Shown in pieces: positions 13,566-25,164 of a stretch of DNA of 64,000 nt. The position numbers and the translations under genes are program-made. The first letter of the stretch is position 1. Each line of letters starts with the position of its first letter. The notes under the pieces were generated by a model. That model saw only the letters and a list, made by a program, of their open reading frames with translations. It did no database searches and was not told the origin of the DNA. The stretch lies in the NCBI RefSeq assembly GCF_011745625.1, contig NW_027191453.1, positions 1,054,001-1,118,000 on the forward strand, written 5' to 3'. Origin of the DNA: Cladosporium halotolerans (lineage: Eukaryota).

Positions 13566-14499
13566 CTATTTGCCGTCGGCCTTCTTCGCAAACTCCACCT
13601 TGAGAATCAAGTGACCGTAACCGTAACCGTCCACGCGCTCGCACGCCCTGGCGGCGTCTGCGCGGTCTGCGTAAGAAACGAAAGCGAAACCCTTGGCGCG
13701 GCCCGTCTCGCGGTCCTTTGCCAGGAAGACGCGGGTGACGCGGCCGTGGCGCTCGAAGATGTCGCGCAGGTCGTTCTCCTCGGCGAATTCGGAAACCTGT
13801 GGTATTACAGTCAGTCTCTGTACGTCGCGCATCTGAAAAACTGATAGAACATACGTTTGTAACACGGAGAGTAGCCAGGTCGTCGCGCTCGAATTTGCCT
13901 CCCATCCTCTCGCCCGTTGTGCCCGCACCACCCTTTCGCAGGTGAGGGGGCACGTATCCTCCAGCACCAGCTCCAAGACCACCCTGGGGCGTCTCGCCGT
14001 TCTCGACAGCAGCCATGTCCACGGGGGCCGCATCCTCGCCCGCGGGGGCCATGGTGTCCTTGAAGGGACACTTGGTGGTGAAATGGTCGCCCATACAGAT
14101 ACGGCACTTGATCTGCATCTTCTTGAGCGCGTCGGCCTTCTTGTCCTCCTCGGGCGCCTTCTCCTGCTCGCCGCCGGCCTTGAAGCCGACCATCGGCTTG
14201 AACATGATGTTCTCACCAAGCGTCGTAGTGTCTCCAGGGCCCGCGGGCTTGCCGGCCTCGAGCCCGATCTTCTGCCATGTGCGGCGCTCGGCGACGCGCG
14301 GGTTCTCCTTCTTCTTGACGACGGTGCGGCGGATGCGCTGCGTGCGCTTGACCTTCTTGCCGTCCTCGTTGATGAATATCGTCACGACGGTCTCGGTGCC
14401 GTCCTTGTTCTTCGAGACCTGCGGCGCGGGGATGGCGGCGGCGAGGTCGGGCTCGCCGTCTTCGGCCCAGTCGACGGTTTTTTGCGCGGGTGTCGCCAT
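13566..14499 (-). CDS. TIF35: Translation initiation factor eIF3 subunit g
   Basis: N-terminal [17 protein letters not shown] zinc knuckle and C-terminal RRM ([22 protein letters not shown]); intron ~13797-13855. Confidence 0.95.
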
Positions 14500-15102
14500 G
14501 GTTGTGTGGATGTGTGCTGTGAGTCTGTGTGCGAGCGCCGCTTGTGAGTTTGGGGTGGGATCAAAAAGCCCGCCCGCAAATTGCGCCACATCTATACGCC
14601 AAGCCAATCTCTTGCGCCACAGTTGATGGCAGTCAACTACAGCATCAGGCATGTGACGAGGACATACTTGTGTGTGTAATGCGTCGAATAACGGCTCATA
14701 TTCTACAGATATATGGAATTACTGGTGTGAGTCACTCGCTTGCACATGTACCGCGATCGCGACCACGCAGGGCACTCCTTTGCGGCATGGTCAAAAAGCC
14801 TGCGAGATCCTCACCCTTCATTCACTCATTCGAACGAGACGATGGGGCTCTAACAACGTCCAATACGTACAGGTAGCTGTGGGAATGGAGGCTAATCCTA
14901 GCCATGATCAACACGGCGACTAAGACCCTAATAAAGTGTCGAAGGGCATCACTTCAGCAACGAAGAATACTCGAGGAAGTATTGAATATCCATAACTCCC
15001 ATTACTTGCTATGCATATGCATCGTAACACCGTCACATCGTCTCGCTCGCTATGCACAAAAGGTCATCGGGGGTATCGAGTCAACAAGAATCACCAACTC
15101 CA

Positions 15103-16091
15103 TCAACTCGTCCTGTCAGGCGTCTGCGCCATGCTCGCTCCAACGCCTCTCAGCAACACGATCGTATTGCCCGTCTGCAAGCTGGCGCCGACCTTCTCGC
15201 CATAGTCGAGCAATCTCCCACCTTCGACATGGAAGACCCTCAACTTATCCTCCTCTCCCTCCACGCGGTTGTTGACATTGGAGACTTGCAGGCTCTTAGC
15301 CGCCAAATCCAACACCCTGCCGATGCTATACTCCGTCGAGTAAAAGAAGCTCCCTTTAGGAATCTTCGCCGAGATGGTGTCCGACGAAGCTTCCACAAAC
15401 AGGTACACACGCTTCTCCTGCGCGATCTTAGCGTCACCTTTCGCCGTGCGCTTCAGCGTCGCGAGCTCCTGCGCCTGCGCCGCAGCGGCCTGCTTGGTCT
15501 TCGAAACCGGCGCCTTGGGCATGCTCGCCTTCTTCGCCGCGCCCCATGCTCGCAGCTTGTCCAGCGCTGCCCGGCCCTTCTCCTTCTGCGTCTCCTGCTT
15601 TGGCCGTGCGCCTATGGGTGTGAGGTTTGCGCAGTTGTGGTCGTACGTGAAGCGGTGCTTGAGGCAGTATGATCGATTGCACTTGTCGCAGTGGACTCCC
15701 GTGACAAGCGGCGTGTTGATCAGCGTCTTACAGCTGGGGTCGGCGCATTGCTGCTCGTGGGTCAGGATGTTCGGCTTCGCCGAGAGAGGCGTGTTGCTCG
15801 TCGGTCCTCGGTTGGCTGCGGCGCGGTTGCGCGCCCATTCGCCTGCTTTGGGGCACTCGTGCGCGGTCTCTGTTCGGTGGTCTAAGCAGAACTTCCTGGA
15901 GGATGTGTTAGTGAGGTCGTCCTTGGGTGATATGGTCTTGAGAGACATGCCTACCCTTTGCAACTCTCGCATCTGAAAGGCAAGAGGTCCAGTTGCCGGC
16001 AGAAGGGCATCTGGCAGTTCGCTCCTATCGCTTCTACGTCGCCTGTATCCATCTTGCTGTATGATTCGTCCGGGGCGTTTGAAGAAGCCAT
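15103..16091 (-). CDS. AN1-type zinc finger protein (Cuz1/ZFAND1-like) with C-terminal ubiquitin-like region
   Basis: IGANCQMPFCRQLDLLPFRCESCK|KFCLDHRTETAHEC, a second AN1 finger (CDKCNRSYCLKHR) and SIGRVLDLAAKSL; intron ~15896-15954. Confidence 0.88.
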
Positions 16092-16954
16092 TCTAGTTGA
16101 CGTCGCGGAGGGTAATGTAGGCGCACTTCTAGGATGCTGATTAATGACCGGATCCCAGACGCTCTTACCGAGTGCCTTTGAACAGACGAAGGCGAAAGTA
16201 GTCAGCACTAGAAGCTTCTCGGGCTAGTAGAGCGCAATGCTGCGCTGACATGAGGCGATATGAGCCAGGGCAGGTGTACCGAGGCATGTGAAGGCGGGCG
16301 GCTAGAAGATCCGGAATCCGATAGCCCGACAGAGTGTGCCGAAAGTCACGAGAGCACATGATGTGCTGGAGGTTAGATGTCTTGGAGCCTTCGTTGGGTC
16401 ATTATTTGGAAGTGGGACATGTACGCAGACTGGAATGCGGATACACATTGCAGAGCGTCAGCCTACCTCATATAATTTCCAGTAAGCAATATAAGAGGTC
16501 AGAGTAGAGAGCAAGAAGCAGCATTTGCCATTCCTACTGTGCTGATAAGCCAACGGCGCTAAGATAAGGCAGGCGGCAGAGACAACCGTGGCTGCGGGGT
16601 AACGTAGCGACGCGGTGCTCGACCAGCCGCAGCATGTAAGGCAAGAGCGCTCGAGGCGCTCTTGCCTTGTGATAAGTAGAGCTGCGGCAAGCTCTCCAGC
16701 TTTCCGTCGACTCATCATTGACTGCTGCTGTTTGCTGCCTGAACCACACAACCGCTGCATGTTTACCATCGCTGCATGTCCATCACTGCATGACCATCAC
16801 TGCATAGGCTTGCTGGCATCCACTAGTTCGCTACATGTTCACCACCGGCCACCACAGGCCATCGCACGCTGCCACACGTGCTACCTGACCTGAGGCCCGG
16901 CAATCTCTATCGAGCGGCGTCGACCGACAGCAATATCAACACCCGTAGCCCGAC

Positions 16955-19900
16955 ATGCTCGCTCCGTCGGTGCGGGCCACCATCAGGCCTCGCTCACTCT
17001 CCGTTCCTGTAACCTCACACACCCAGACTCGTACAATCTTCGGCTGGCGCGCCTCTCGCCTCGCCTCTCATGACTCTATCAGTGACCCTCTCTATCCACG
17101 CTTGATCCGCCATCGCACTCTCAAGACTCGAGCCAAGCTACTCAAGACCCTCCGTCGCAGGCAGCAATTCGAGTGGGATCCCGAAGTCAAGCCGCTCGTT
17201 AGCGACAAGCACGTGAGATCGGCCAGCAATTGGGCCGGCGGTCCACGCAAGTGGGATAAGTACCGTTCAAACCAGGAAACTCAGGAAGAGCCCGAGGAAA
17301 ACAATGACGGCCGCGAACTGAGTGACCGGGAGAAAGCGTGGAAGAAGCGGATGGAGTCGATGCGCAAACGCATCGAGTCCGATCCCTATGAAGCCGTCTT
17401 CGGCAAGCGATTCGAGCCCTTCTGGTCCTCTCTTGCACCGGAGTGGATGAAGGAAGAGCTGGGTCTTTCCAAGAAAGAGCCGGAGAAGCCAAACGCACAG
17501 GCTGCCAACGTTCAAGGCAAACGTGACAAGACTAAGCCAACCGAGCAATCAAGGGAAAGGCAAGAGCCAGCCACATCTGCCAATCCCGAGAAGAAGCCTG
17601 GTAGACAGACAGGCCCTTATGCCTACTCGTCCAGCACATCATGGGACTCTCAGTCCAACAAAGCAAAGAGGTCAGAGTGGAATTCCGTCAGCGGCAAGAT
17701 CACAAGTTATGAATATGACCCTGTCTCTGGTCGGATGGTCCCGGTTGAGCCACAGGCTGGGGCCCCCACATCAATCGAGCAAGAGAAGAAGGATTCTCCA
17801 TTCGACGTCTTTTTCAAGCCAATCGTTAACGGTGAGACTACCACGCATGAGCCAAGCAGCGACAAATCGGAAGCGATAGACATCCCAGTGAAGACGGTGA
17901 AGAACGCCGAGCAGCCACTTCGTACCCAGCCGGTTGATGCCAACCCGACACTCTACGAGAGACATCAACCTATTGTTTCGATTGCCGATTCACACTCGCA
18001 GCAAGGGGAGCTTGAGGCGCTGACCGCAAACGACGTTCGTGCTTCGATGGGAAAGGTCAAGCACCACAGCATCAACGGGACACCTGTCTCTGAAGAATGG
18101 CCCTCAGAGCAGCAAGCCCTCAGGCAGCAGATTAGAGAATGGGACGATTCTGTGACAAGGTTGAGAAACAGGGTTACGGCCATCGTGGATGAGGCCGCGG
18201 CAAAGCACCTCGGGAGCTACCTACCAACGACTCTTGAGAGACGCGCTCAGTCGCCTAAATCCGCTGACAAAGTCAAGCCCCTTCAGCCTGCACTGCAGCG
18301 CATGCAGTCAAAAGCTGAGCTTGCAGCCGCCGATCCTGACGACTCCGCTGCCCATGAGTCCACCGGAACCATCTCTGCAGCGCAAGTCCCCAAAGGCTGG
18401 TCCGAGCAAGCAGACATTCTCCAGTCTGACCGCATCAAACGTACCGCTTCGCAACGTCCGTATCCGACCATGCGCTGGCTCGAAGACATGAACGCCAGAA
18501 AAGCCAAGTACGAGGAAGACAGGCTGGCTGCTGAAGCTGAACTGGCAGCCGCAAATTTCGAAAAGACAAAGGCGCTGGAGAAGGCCAACGCGATGCTCCA
18601 AGCTGAAGTCGATGCCCAGAAGGTTGCTATGACCGAACAGCAAAGCCGTTCTACCAAGAAGATTCAGTCTTTGAGGAAGGAGCTGGAGATCGCCTACAAG
18701 CAGAGCTCCGTGCACGCGGATGCTTTCAGAGACCGCATCACCAGTCTTGAGAAGGAGTTGTCCGCAGCGCAGAACACTGCCAACGAAGTCAGCGTGGCGG
18801 CGATTAACGAGCGCTACAGCGCCAAGGTCCGCAGTCTGCAGAAAGAGTTGGAAGTTGCCTACAAGCAGAGCTCCGTCCACGCCGACGAGTTCACTCAGCG
18901 CATCAAATCTCTTGAGTCAGAACTATGCAAGCTGACCAACGCAAAGGCCAACGAGCAGGGCAGCGCGAAGAAGGTCGTTCAGGGAGAAGGAGACGTCAGC
19001 CCCAACGTCGAAAAATTCACCGAGAGCGACATGTGGTACAAGCAGCGCAGTTTCCCGCCGCCGCCGACTGCTGAGCAGACGGCCTGGTCTACGGAGAAGG
19101 CTCGCGCGGAGAGACTGATCCGTGAAGTGAAGTCTATCTACGAAACGGCTTACGGCAAGATCAACCCTCAACACCAGCAGCCTCCGATGGCAGACATCAC
19201 CGCGCTCGACCGCGCGCTGGCCAGGCGTGATCGCCGTGTGAAGTACAAGTTCAAGGAAGATGGACTTGAGGCTGAGCTCTCGGGCAAGACTGCTCAAGAG
19301 GCAGATGCTAGCTCCAAGGTCAAGGATCCAGTCTCGTACCGCTTCAAAGACGATGGTCTTGAGGCTGAACTCAAAGGACAGCCAGAGGTTGACACCACCG
19401 CAAGTGATAAGTACAAGTATGGTTTCAAACGCGATAATCTGGAAGCAGAGCTCAAAGGAGAACTGGAGGGTGAAACCACTTCGAGTGATAAGCACAAGTA
19501 TGGCTTCAAGCCAGATGATCTGGAGGCGGAGCTCAAAGGAAAGCCAGGGGGTGAGGCCACCGTAAATGACAAGCATGACTATGGCTTCAAGCCAGACAAT
19601 CTGGAGGCGGAGCTCAAAGGAAAGCCAGAGGCTGAGGCCACCGCAAGCGACAAGCATGAGTATGGTTTCAAGCCCGATACTCTGGAGGCAGAGCTTCAAG
19701 CTCGAGACGAGACTGCCACAACCTCAAGAGACAGGTTCTCACCCGATGGGCTGGAGTCAGAGCTTGTGAAGCAGGGTCAAACCGCCGCCCACTCTCCGCA
19801 AGGTGCAAGGTTCAAGCCAGATGGGCTAGAGGCAGAGTTGCAAAGGCTCGCTAAGGAAAAGCCAGAGTACGCCAGCGATGCATACGAGGCCGAAGCGTCG

Positions 19901-20806
19901 AAGATTGCATCGAACCCCATCCCGGTCGGTAAGATGGAGAAAACCATGGCGTCGAGTCTCGGTGCAGAACTGCAGTCTCCGGCACAAACCTCGCCACCTC
20001 CAGGCACCACTGTGCAATGGCAACAACCTCCTCTGTACAAGATCGTTGCCTACGACTCAGGAAATGACCGCTTTTCCATCAAGTCGACCACTTCCTGGGA
20101 CTCCAGCGTTCAAGAGTTCCCTGTCACCATCCCGAAGGCCCTGGATCAGCTCTATCAGCCTGCCCGCTGGCTCGTGCATTTCACCGACTTGCAGTCAGAA
20201 GGCTTCCAAGCCGTTTACGCGCGCGAAGACGTCCTGGTCCTTAGAAAAGTCCTCGACGAAGGTAACGCCTTGACGACACCGGAGACCAAGACTTCCAAAA
20301 CAACACCTTTCGAGCCCAGCCCAGCCGTCAACCCCGTCGACGGCACCTCTCGTACCACGGACGAAGTCCGCACCGTCACCGGCGACTACGCCAGCCCAAC
20401 CGGCTTCGTGAACCTCGACCCCGTTCAAGAGCTCACCTCCAAACTTCCCTCCTCGCTCCAGCCTCGCGCTTCAGAATCCGCCGCCCCCGAGCCACCCGCA
20501 AACGAAGTCGAGGCCGGCGCCGAAGCCGAAGAGCCCCGCCGCTTGACGCGCAAGGAGCGCAAGGAGCAGCAGAAGCGGTCCAGGGAGTGGGGCAGGGAGC
20601 AGGTGATCAAGGAAGAAGCGAGAGTTTGGGGGTTCTTCCGCGGGTTCTTCGCTTGCGGTTTCTTGCTTGTTCTTGGATCATATGCCGCTGGCGCTATTGG
20701 GGAGCTCAAGGAGGCGAAGCAGCCTTCAGAGCGCGAGGGGAAGTCCGCGACGGAGGCGAACAGAAGGTGGAAGTTGGATGAGGGGGTTTGGAAGAAGACG
20801 GAGTAA
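16955..20806 (+). CDS. Large uncharacterised fungal protein (1283 aa): probable mitochondrial presequence, coiled coil, tandem repeats, C-terminal TM
   Basis: Single long ORF; Arg/Ser-rich acid-free N-terminus; DPYEAVFG and YEYDPVSGRM segments; hydrophobic stretch GFFACGFLLVLGSYAAGAIGE near the C-terminus. Confidence 0.85.
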   Translation: MLAPSVRATIRPRSLSVPVTSHTQTRTIFGWRASRLASHDSISDPLYPRLIRHRTLKTRAKLLKTLRRRQQFEWDPEVKPLVSDKHVRSASNWAGGPRKWDKYRSNQETQEEPEENNDGRELSDREKAWKKRMESMRKRIESDPYEAVFGKRFEPFWSSLAPEWMKEELGLSKKEPEKPNAQAANVQGKRDKTKPTEQSRERQEPATSANPEKKPGRQTGPYAYSSSTSWDSQSNKAKRSEWNSVSGKITSYEYDPVSGRMVPVEPQAGAPTSIEQEKKDSPFDVFFKPIVNGETTTHEPSSDKSEAIDIPVKTVKNAEQPLRTQPVDANPTLYERHQPIVSIADSHSQQGELEALTANDVRASMGKVKHHSINGTPVSEEWPSEQQALRQQIREWDDSVTRLRNRVTAIVDEAAAKHLGSYLPTTLERRAQSPKSADKVKPLQPALQRMQSKAELAAADPDDSAAHESTGTISAAQVPKGWSEQADILQSDRIKRTASQRPYPTMRWLEDMNARKAKYEEDRLAAEAELAAANFEKTKALEKANAMLQAEVDAQKVAMTEQQSRSTKKIQSLRKELEIAYKQSSVHADAFRDRITSLEKELSAAQNTANEVSVAAINERYSAKVRSLQKELEVAYKQSSVHADEFTQRIKSLESELCKLTNAKANEQGSAKKVVQGEGDVSPNVEKFTESDMWYKQRSFPPPPTAEQTAWSTEKARAERLIREVKSIYETAYGKINPQHQQPPMADITALDRALARRDRRVKYKFKEDGLEAELSGKTAQEADASSKVKDPVSYRFKDDGLEAELKGQPEVDTTASDKYKYGFKRDNLEAELKGELEGETTSSDKHKYGFKPDDLEAELKGKPGGEATVNDKHDYGFKPDNLEAELKGKPEAEATASDKHEYGFKPDTLEAELQARDETATTSRDRFSPDGLESELVKQGQTAAHSPQGARFKPDGLEAELQRLAKEKPEYASDAYEAEASKIASNPIPVGKMEKTMASSLGAELQSPAQTSPPPGTTVQWQQPPLYKIVAYDSGNDRFSIKSTTSWDSSVQEFPVTIPKALDQLYQPARWLVHFTDLQSEGFQAVYAREDVLVLRKVLDEGNALTTPETKTSKTTPFEPSPAVNPVDGTSRTTDEVRTVTGDYASPTGFVNLDPVQELTSKLPSSLQPRASESAAPEPPANEVEAGAEAEEPRRLTRKERKEQQKRSREWGREQVIKEEARVWGFFRGFFACGFLLVLGSYAAGAIGELKEAKQPSEREGKSATEANRRWKLDEGVWKKTE
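19244..19843 (+). repeat. Intragenic tandem repeat, ~81-bp (27-aa) unit, 8 copies of (Y/R)xFKxDxLEAEL
   Basis: Repeats such as YGFKRDNLEAELKG, YGFKPDDLEAELKG, YGFKPDNLEAELKG and YGFKPDTLEAELQ are visible at both DNA and protein level. Confidence 0.9.
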
Positions 20807-23800
20807 TGAGTGCTAGCGACCCTTTTTCTTGCTTTCTTTCTTTTTCGTGAGGACATGAAGCACTGGTTCATGTGATTGATGGGTGGGATGGGACACGGAT
20901 ACGAATGGTGTTTGGCTTTTGTCTGGCTTGGTTACACACACAGTCTCTGCTCAAGTATCCGAGACCAATTGAATGATTATGAAAATGTGCCCGTTCTACA
21001 TTTCATTCATACGGTGTTTTTGAGCCACAACGATCTCCATCCGCTCAAGATCAAACCGCGAGAGGGCAAGTGAGTTTGCGATCCGGAAGGTCTTTAGCGC
21101 ACACTTGTCGTCACTTCATGATCCTTACCACCGATCGCCAGCTTAGCATCACGGAACAGCTGTTCTGGAGAGGCGACGATCGCCTTGCTGGACCTCGAGG
21201 TGCCACATACTTCACGGACGCCCCTTGGGACAGATCTGGCAAGCTTGCCGCTCAACATTTCGAAGTACTCACGCCTCGCATTCGCAAAGCAAATCGGCGC
21301 AGCCTTGCTCAGGCTTCCGCACTACTGTATGCCTCCTCAATAGTCAACGCCTCATCGTCAAGACAAGTTGCGCAAGAGCGGCACAAAGGCGCAGCCCACC
21401 TTCCGTGCGGCTCCGGAGAGGCCGCGGCATGGAGCATCCCGCGTTGGTGGAGCCGATGTACCCCGGGCTGGCCGTTTTGATGTCACTGCTCGGTGGCGAG
21501 TGCTTCAGCTCGGGTACTGCGTTGCCTCGCTTCGAGTTGGTCGGCCGGGTCGGATATCGCTTTGTGCAACTCCACTGTGGACGACGTGTCGAGCTAGAGG
21601 GAGGTCAGTGGGTTTGCGCATGGCGTGGGCCAAGACGGAGTGGCTGCGTCTGGAGAATGCTTGACTCGTTGTGTGTTGCTTGGGTCGCTTGTTGCGGGCG
21701 GCGTGTCTGGATGGAGATGTAGTGCTTCATACCATCTGGGGGCGTACTGCTTCAGCCGCTTACGCCGCTACTGGTCGTCCGACGGACGGGTGCTTCAAGT
21801 CGCTTGCAAGCCGGTCTAGGGCGCCAGGAGGGCCGTGAGGGTGTAGGGTGTGGCTGGACTTCCTCGGAGGCGAAAACAGCACGGATGGTCTGGCCTCGAT
21901 GTGTAGGCCAGCCCCACCGCCCTGCCGCGAATACAATGGGGACTCCAAGACCGGTCAGGACCCCATGGGACTATTGTACTCGATAATAGGGCTCCAAAGC
22001 TAACCTCCACGGGGTGCCGCGAGCAAACCATGTGCAGCCCATGCAGAACAGACTTTGAGTCTCGAGCTGAAGTCTCATCAAGCGTTCAGTGCTAAGCGTT
22101 GCCTATGAAAGTGGTGGAGCTTGGCCAAAAGGTAGGCGTATCTCAGGAGGGCCACAAATCCAAAGAGTGACATTCCGTGGAGCAGAGTCTCTGGCAAGGT
22201 CTTTCGGTCATCGACCGTCTTGATATACAAAGCCAAGCACACGCCGGACTCTTTAGCATGTCTTGGAGAGAGGCCGGGGTCGAAACCATCGAAAACCAAA
22301 GCAAACGGACCCCATGGAGTCGAAGGTTCGCTCCCGTGGAGAGGCGACACGAGGGAATCGAAGCATCGTCCTCGTTGATCCTTGTTAGAGCGAAGTGAAG
22401 AGACTGGGGATTCCGACATTCTCCGGAGGGTTCGGAAGCAATGGGCGGCTGTCATTGGCTAGTCTGCCGTTTTCGTCAGCCAGAGTCCACCCGCAAATCC
22501 CCGAAGGGGCATCACAGTGATCGTTTTGCTTCCATCGCGCCCTCCACAGACGAGAACAGCAGGACGGGTTGTTACGGGGGCGGAGTGACCTAAAATCATT
22601 TGATCCATGGGGAATGTACGCCATGATACTCTCCGCAAAGATGGCTCTGTACCCCGAGATCTTGCCTCCGCACATGTGTCGTGTAACCCGGGGTCGCAGG
22701 ACGTCAGTTTATAGATTGTCAAATGAGGTTTGCGAAATACGCTGTGACTGTTACAAAGATGGCAAAAGAGGATCCAACAGGATGAAGCAATGGCAGAGAC
22801 CAAAAGTACGGCTCGCTTCCAGGCGGCGTCTACTGCATCGCGGGCATTTCTAGTCCACTGCGCGGAACTGAGCACGGCGTTTGAACCGGATGTCCAGGGC
22901 GCTCGCGTCGGATAGCCAGGTGATGCTGTAACCGGGCGAGGGAGCCGCGTGCTGAATCGCAGCAGTCTCTCAGCGGACCTCGCTACATGCTTCGCTGCAT
23001 GCCTCGCGGCATGTTGAGGGAGTGGGTCACCATCTTTTCTCATCACGTCTTTGCTCGTTGACCGCCCTACCTCGAAATGGTCGACGGTACCCACCGGTGA
23101 GATCCTCGGAGAAGTGACGCAGAGAAGCTTTGGGAAGCACACAATCATCAACGTGCACGCGAGGCTTGAGCGTAGGGCGGCAACCGCTTTGGAACCAACC
23201 ACGCGGTGGAAAATTCTTCTGGTGTGTGGCCGTACCTGACGATCGACAGCGACGCGTTGTAAATCATCGGAGTGCAAACCCAAATGGACTACCGAAACTC
23301 TCGCGCCGATGTCTGCCCATCGCATCAGCCTGAAAGCACGCCTCCGCCGCGGTGCGCAGAACAGCCAAGTTTCGTTAAGCTGGGCCGGCAACGGGCGCTA
23401 TCTGCGATGACTCCACCAGCCTGCCTGGCTCGAGTGGCATGCGCACTCGGACTTCGGAGATGAACTGAGAGCGCGCAGAGAGCATGTTTGTCATCGTGTC
23501 AACAGCAAGTAATAGATAGCGCGCTTCAGACAAAGCGCTTGATAGTGGCGTGGAAGTACGGACATGGGTAATAGGATTTTTTTACGGCAGATGAACCCGG
23601 GATGCATTGGACACTGATTCAAGATGAACCAGGGCAAGGCTGAGGATGAGCACGCTCGCAGCCCTTGAAAACGTGAGCGTCTCTGCTCTGATCGTAGCAA
23701 TAATCGCCAGGTCGACGCTGCAGGGAAGGCCAAGCGAGAGCAAGAGTCAGGCGTCGGATGCCGCACCACTGACACCGGCTTGTGGCCATCCGCTTTCTGC

Positions 23801-25164
23801 CCGTACAAAGGTCGGCGTGGCCGGATGACGCCTCTCCACCGGGCTATCGCTGAATTGGATCCCTCGAGCGCACTCGCGCGCTCAACGCCGCCAGTAGCTC
23901 ACGTTTGGGCCACGACCCCAGACACCCTGGAGTCGGTTAGCAAGACTTGGGTGTTTGGGTGGCGGCCAACGACAGGAGGATGAGGTGACATTCACGGCGC
24001 GGGCGGCCGGGGCGATCACCCGCGCACACAGCGAGACTGACTTCGGCTGCGGTTTCCAGCATGGCCGGACGCAAGTCCTCGTATTGACTGTTGTTCTATG
24101 TTGCAAAATGGAGATGTTTGTGGCTCGCGTGAAGCCCAGTCCGGATGCTGCGGTCGGATTCAGCAGCCCTACGACGAGCATCTGGCAGTTGGGCGCAATT
24201 TGGCTCCAAAATCTCGTGTCGGGGGAAGGCTTGGTAGAGCTTGGCTCTCGCGTGCGTGTTCATCACTTCCACTGCAGATCTGCCGGGCTTCAGCCAGGCC
24301 GCGATTTCTGGCAGACTGTTGGCTGTCTTTGGCCCGAACTCAGGCCCACCTCCAGATATCGCGCGTCAGGTTTCTCTCTCTCTGCGGCGCAGGCCTACCT
24401 CTCAACTCGGGTATCCGGCAATCCGTGGTCAACGCAAGCGAGCGAGACACCGAAACTGTAGGCGTGAGACCGTCTCACCGACATAGCACCTTGCAGGCTA
24501 TCATGCTCTTGAGTGCAGGCACATGACAACCCATTGGCATCAGACCGTTCCCGGCGCTGAAGGGCACCCGCCCGCCCTCTTCTGGAAGCGCACGGCAGAC
24601 CCCGAGTAGGGCCAACCCTCGATGTCAGTAGCGTAGCCTCCACGGGTCGGCGACCGTCCATAAATTTTCGGCCCTCAACGCACCTACCTCGCGACGGCGC
24701 CGCCTTGACCCAGGTTACCTCCACAAGCACGGGCCCATGAGCATTGTGGGGCGCATCACGGTGCGTCTCTGGTTCCCATGTCGTGGCGGGATGTGAAGAG
24801 GCGTGCTGTGATGCCGATCAAAGCATCCGGCAATGTCATACTGGTCAGGGCTCATTTCGAAACCCACGCCCCATGCCCTCACTCCGTAATTGTGGGGAGG
24901 TAGGTGGTCAGCCATTATATACTGCTCTGGCATGCCCTCGATTTCTGAGCAGACCCGTCGTTTCCTCCTCCATCGTCCCCTCTCCCTGTCACTCACCTTC
25001 CGCATCCCTTCTCATTGGACGTACAGAGCGGTCAGAGTCGCTTGACGACGACGCTCCGCAACAAGACTATCTGCTCCTTCATTGGAATAGGATAGCACCA
25101 CTACTGCAACAACAACGACAATCAGCAGCTGAGGATCCGTTCAACGGATCAGCCTTCCATCGCC

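Noticed and set aside
21930..21950. ATACAATGGGGACTCC resembling the RNase MRP CR-V motif
   Set aside because: Imperfect match, and no CR-I (GAAAGTCCCC-like) partner upstream.
22459..23391. 310-aa minus-strand ORF
   Set aside because: Non-ATG start, Arg/Ser/Ala-rich random composition, no motifs or codon bias.
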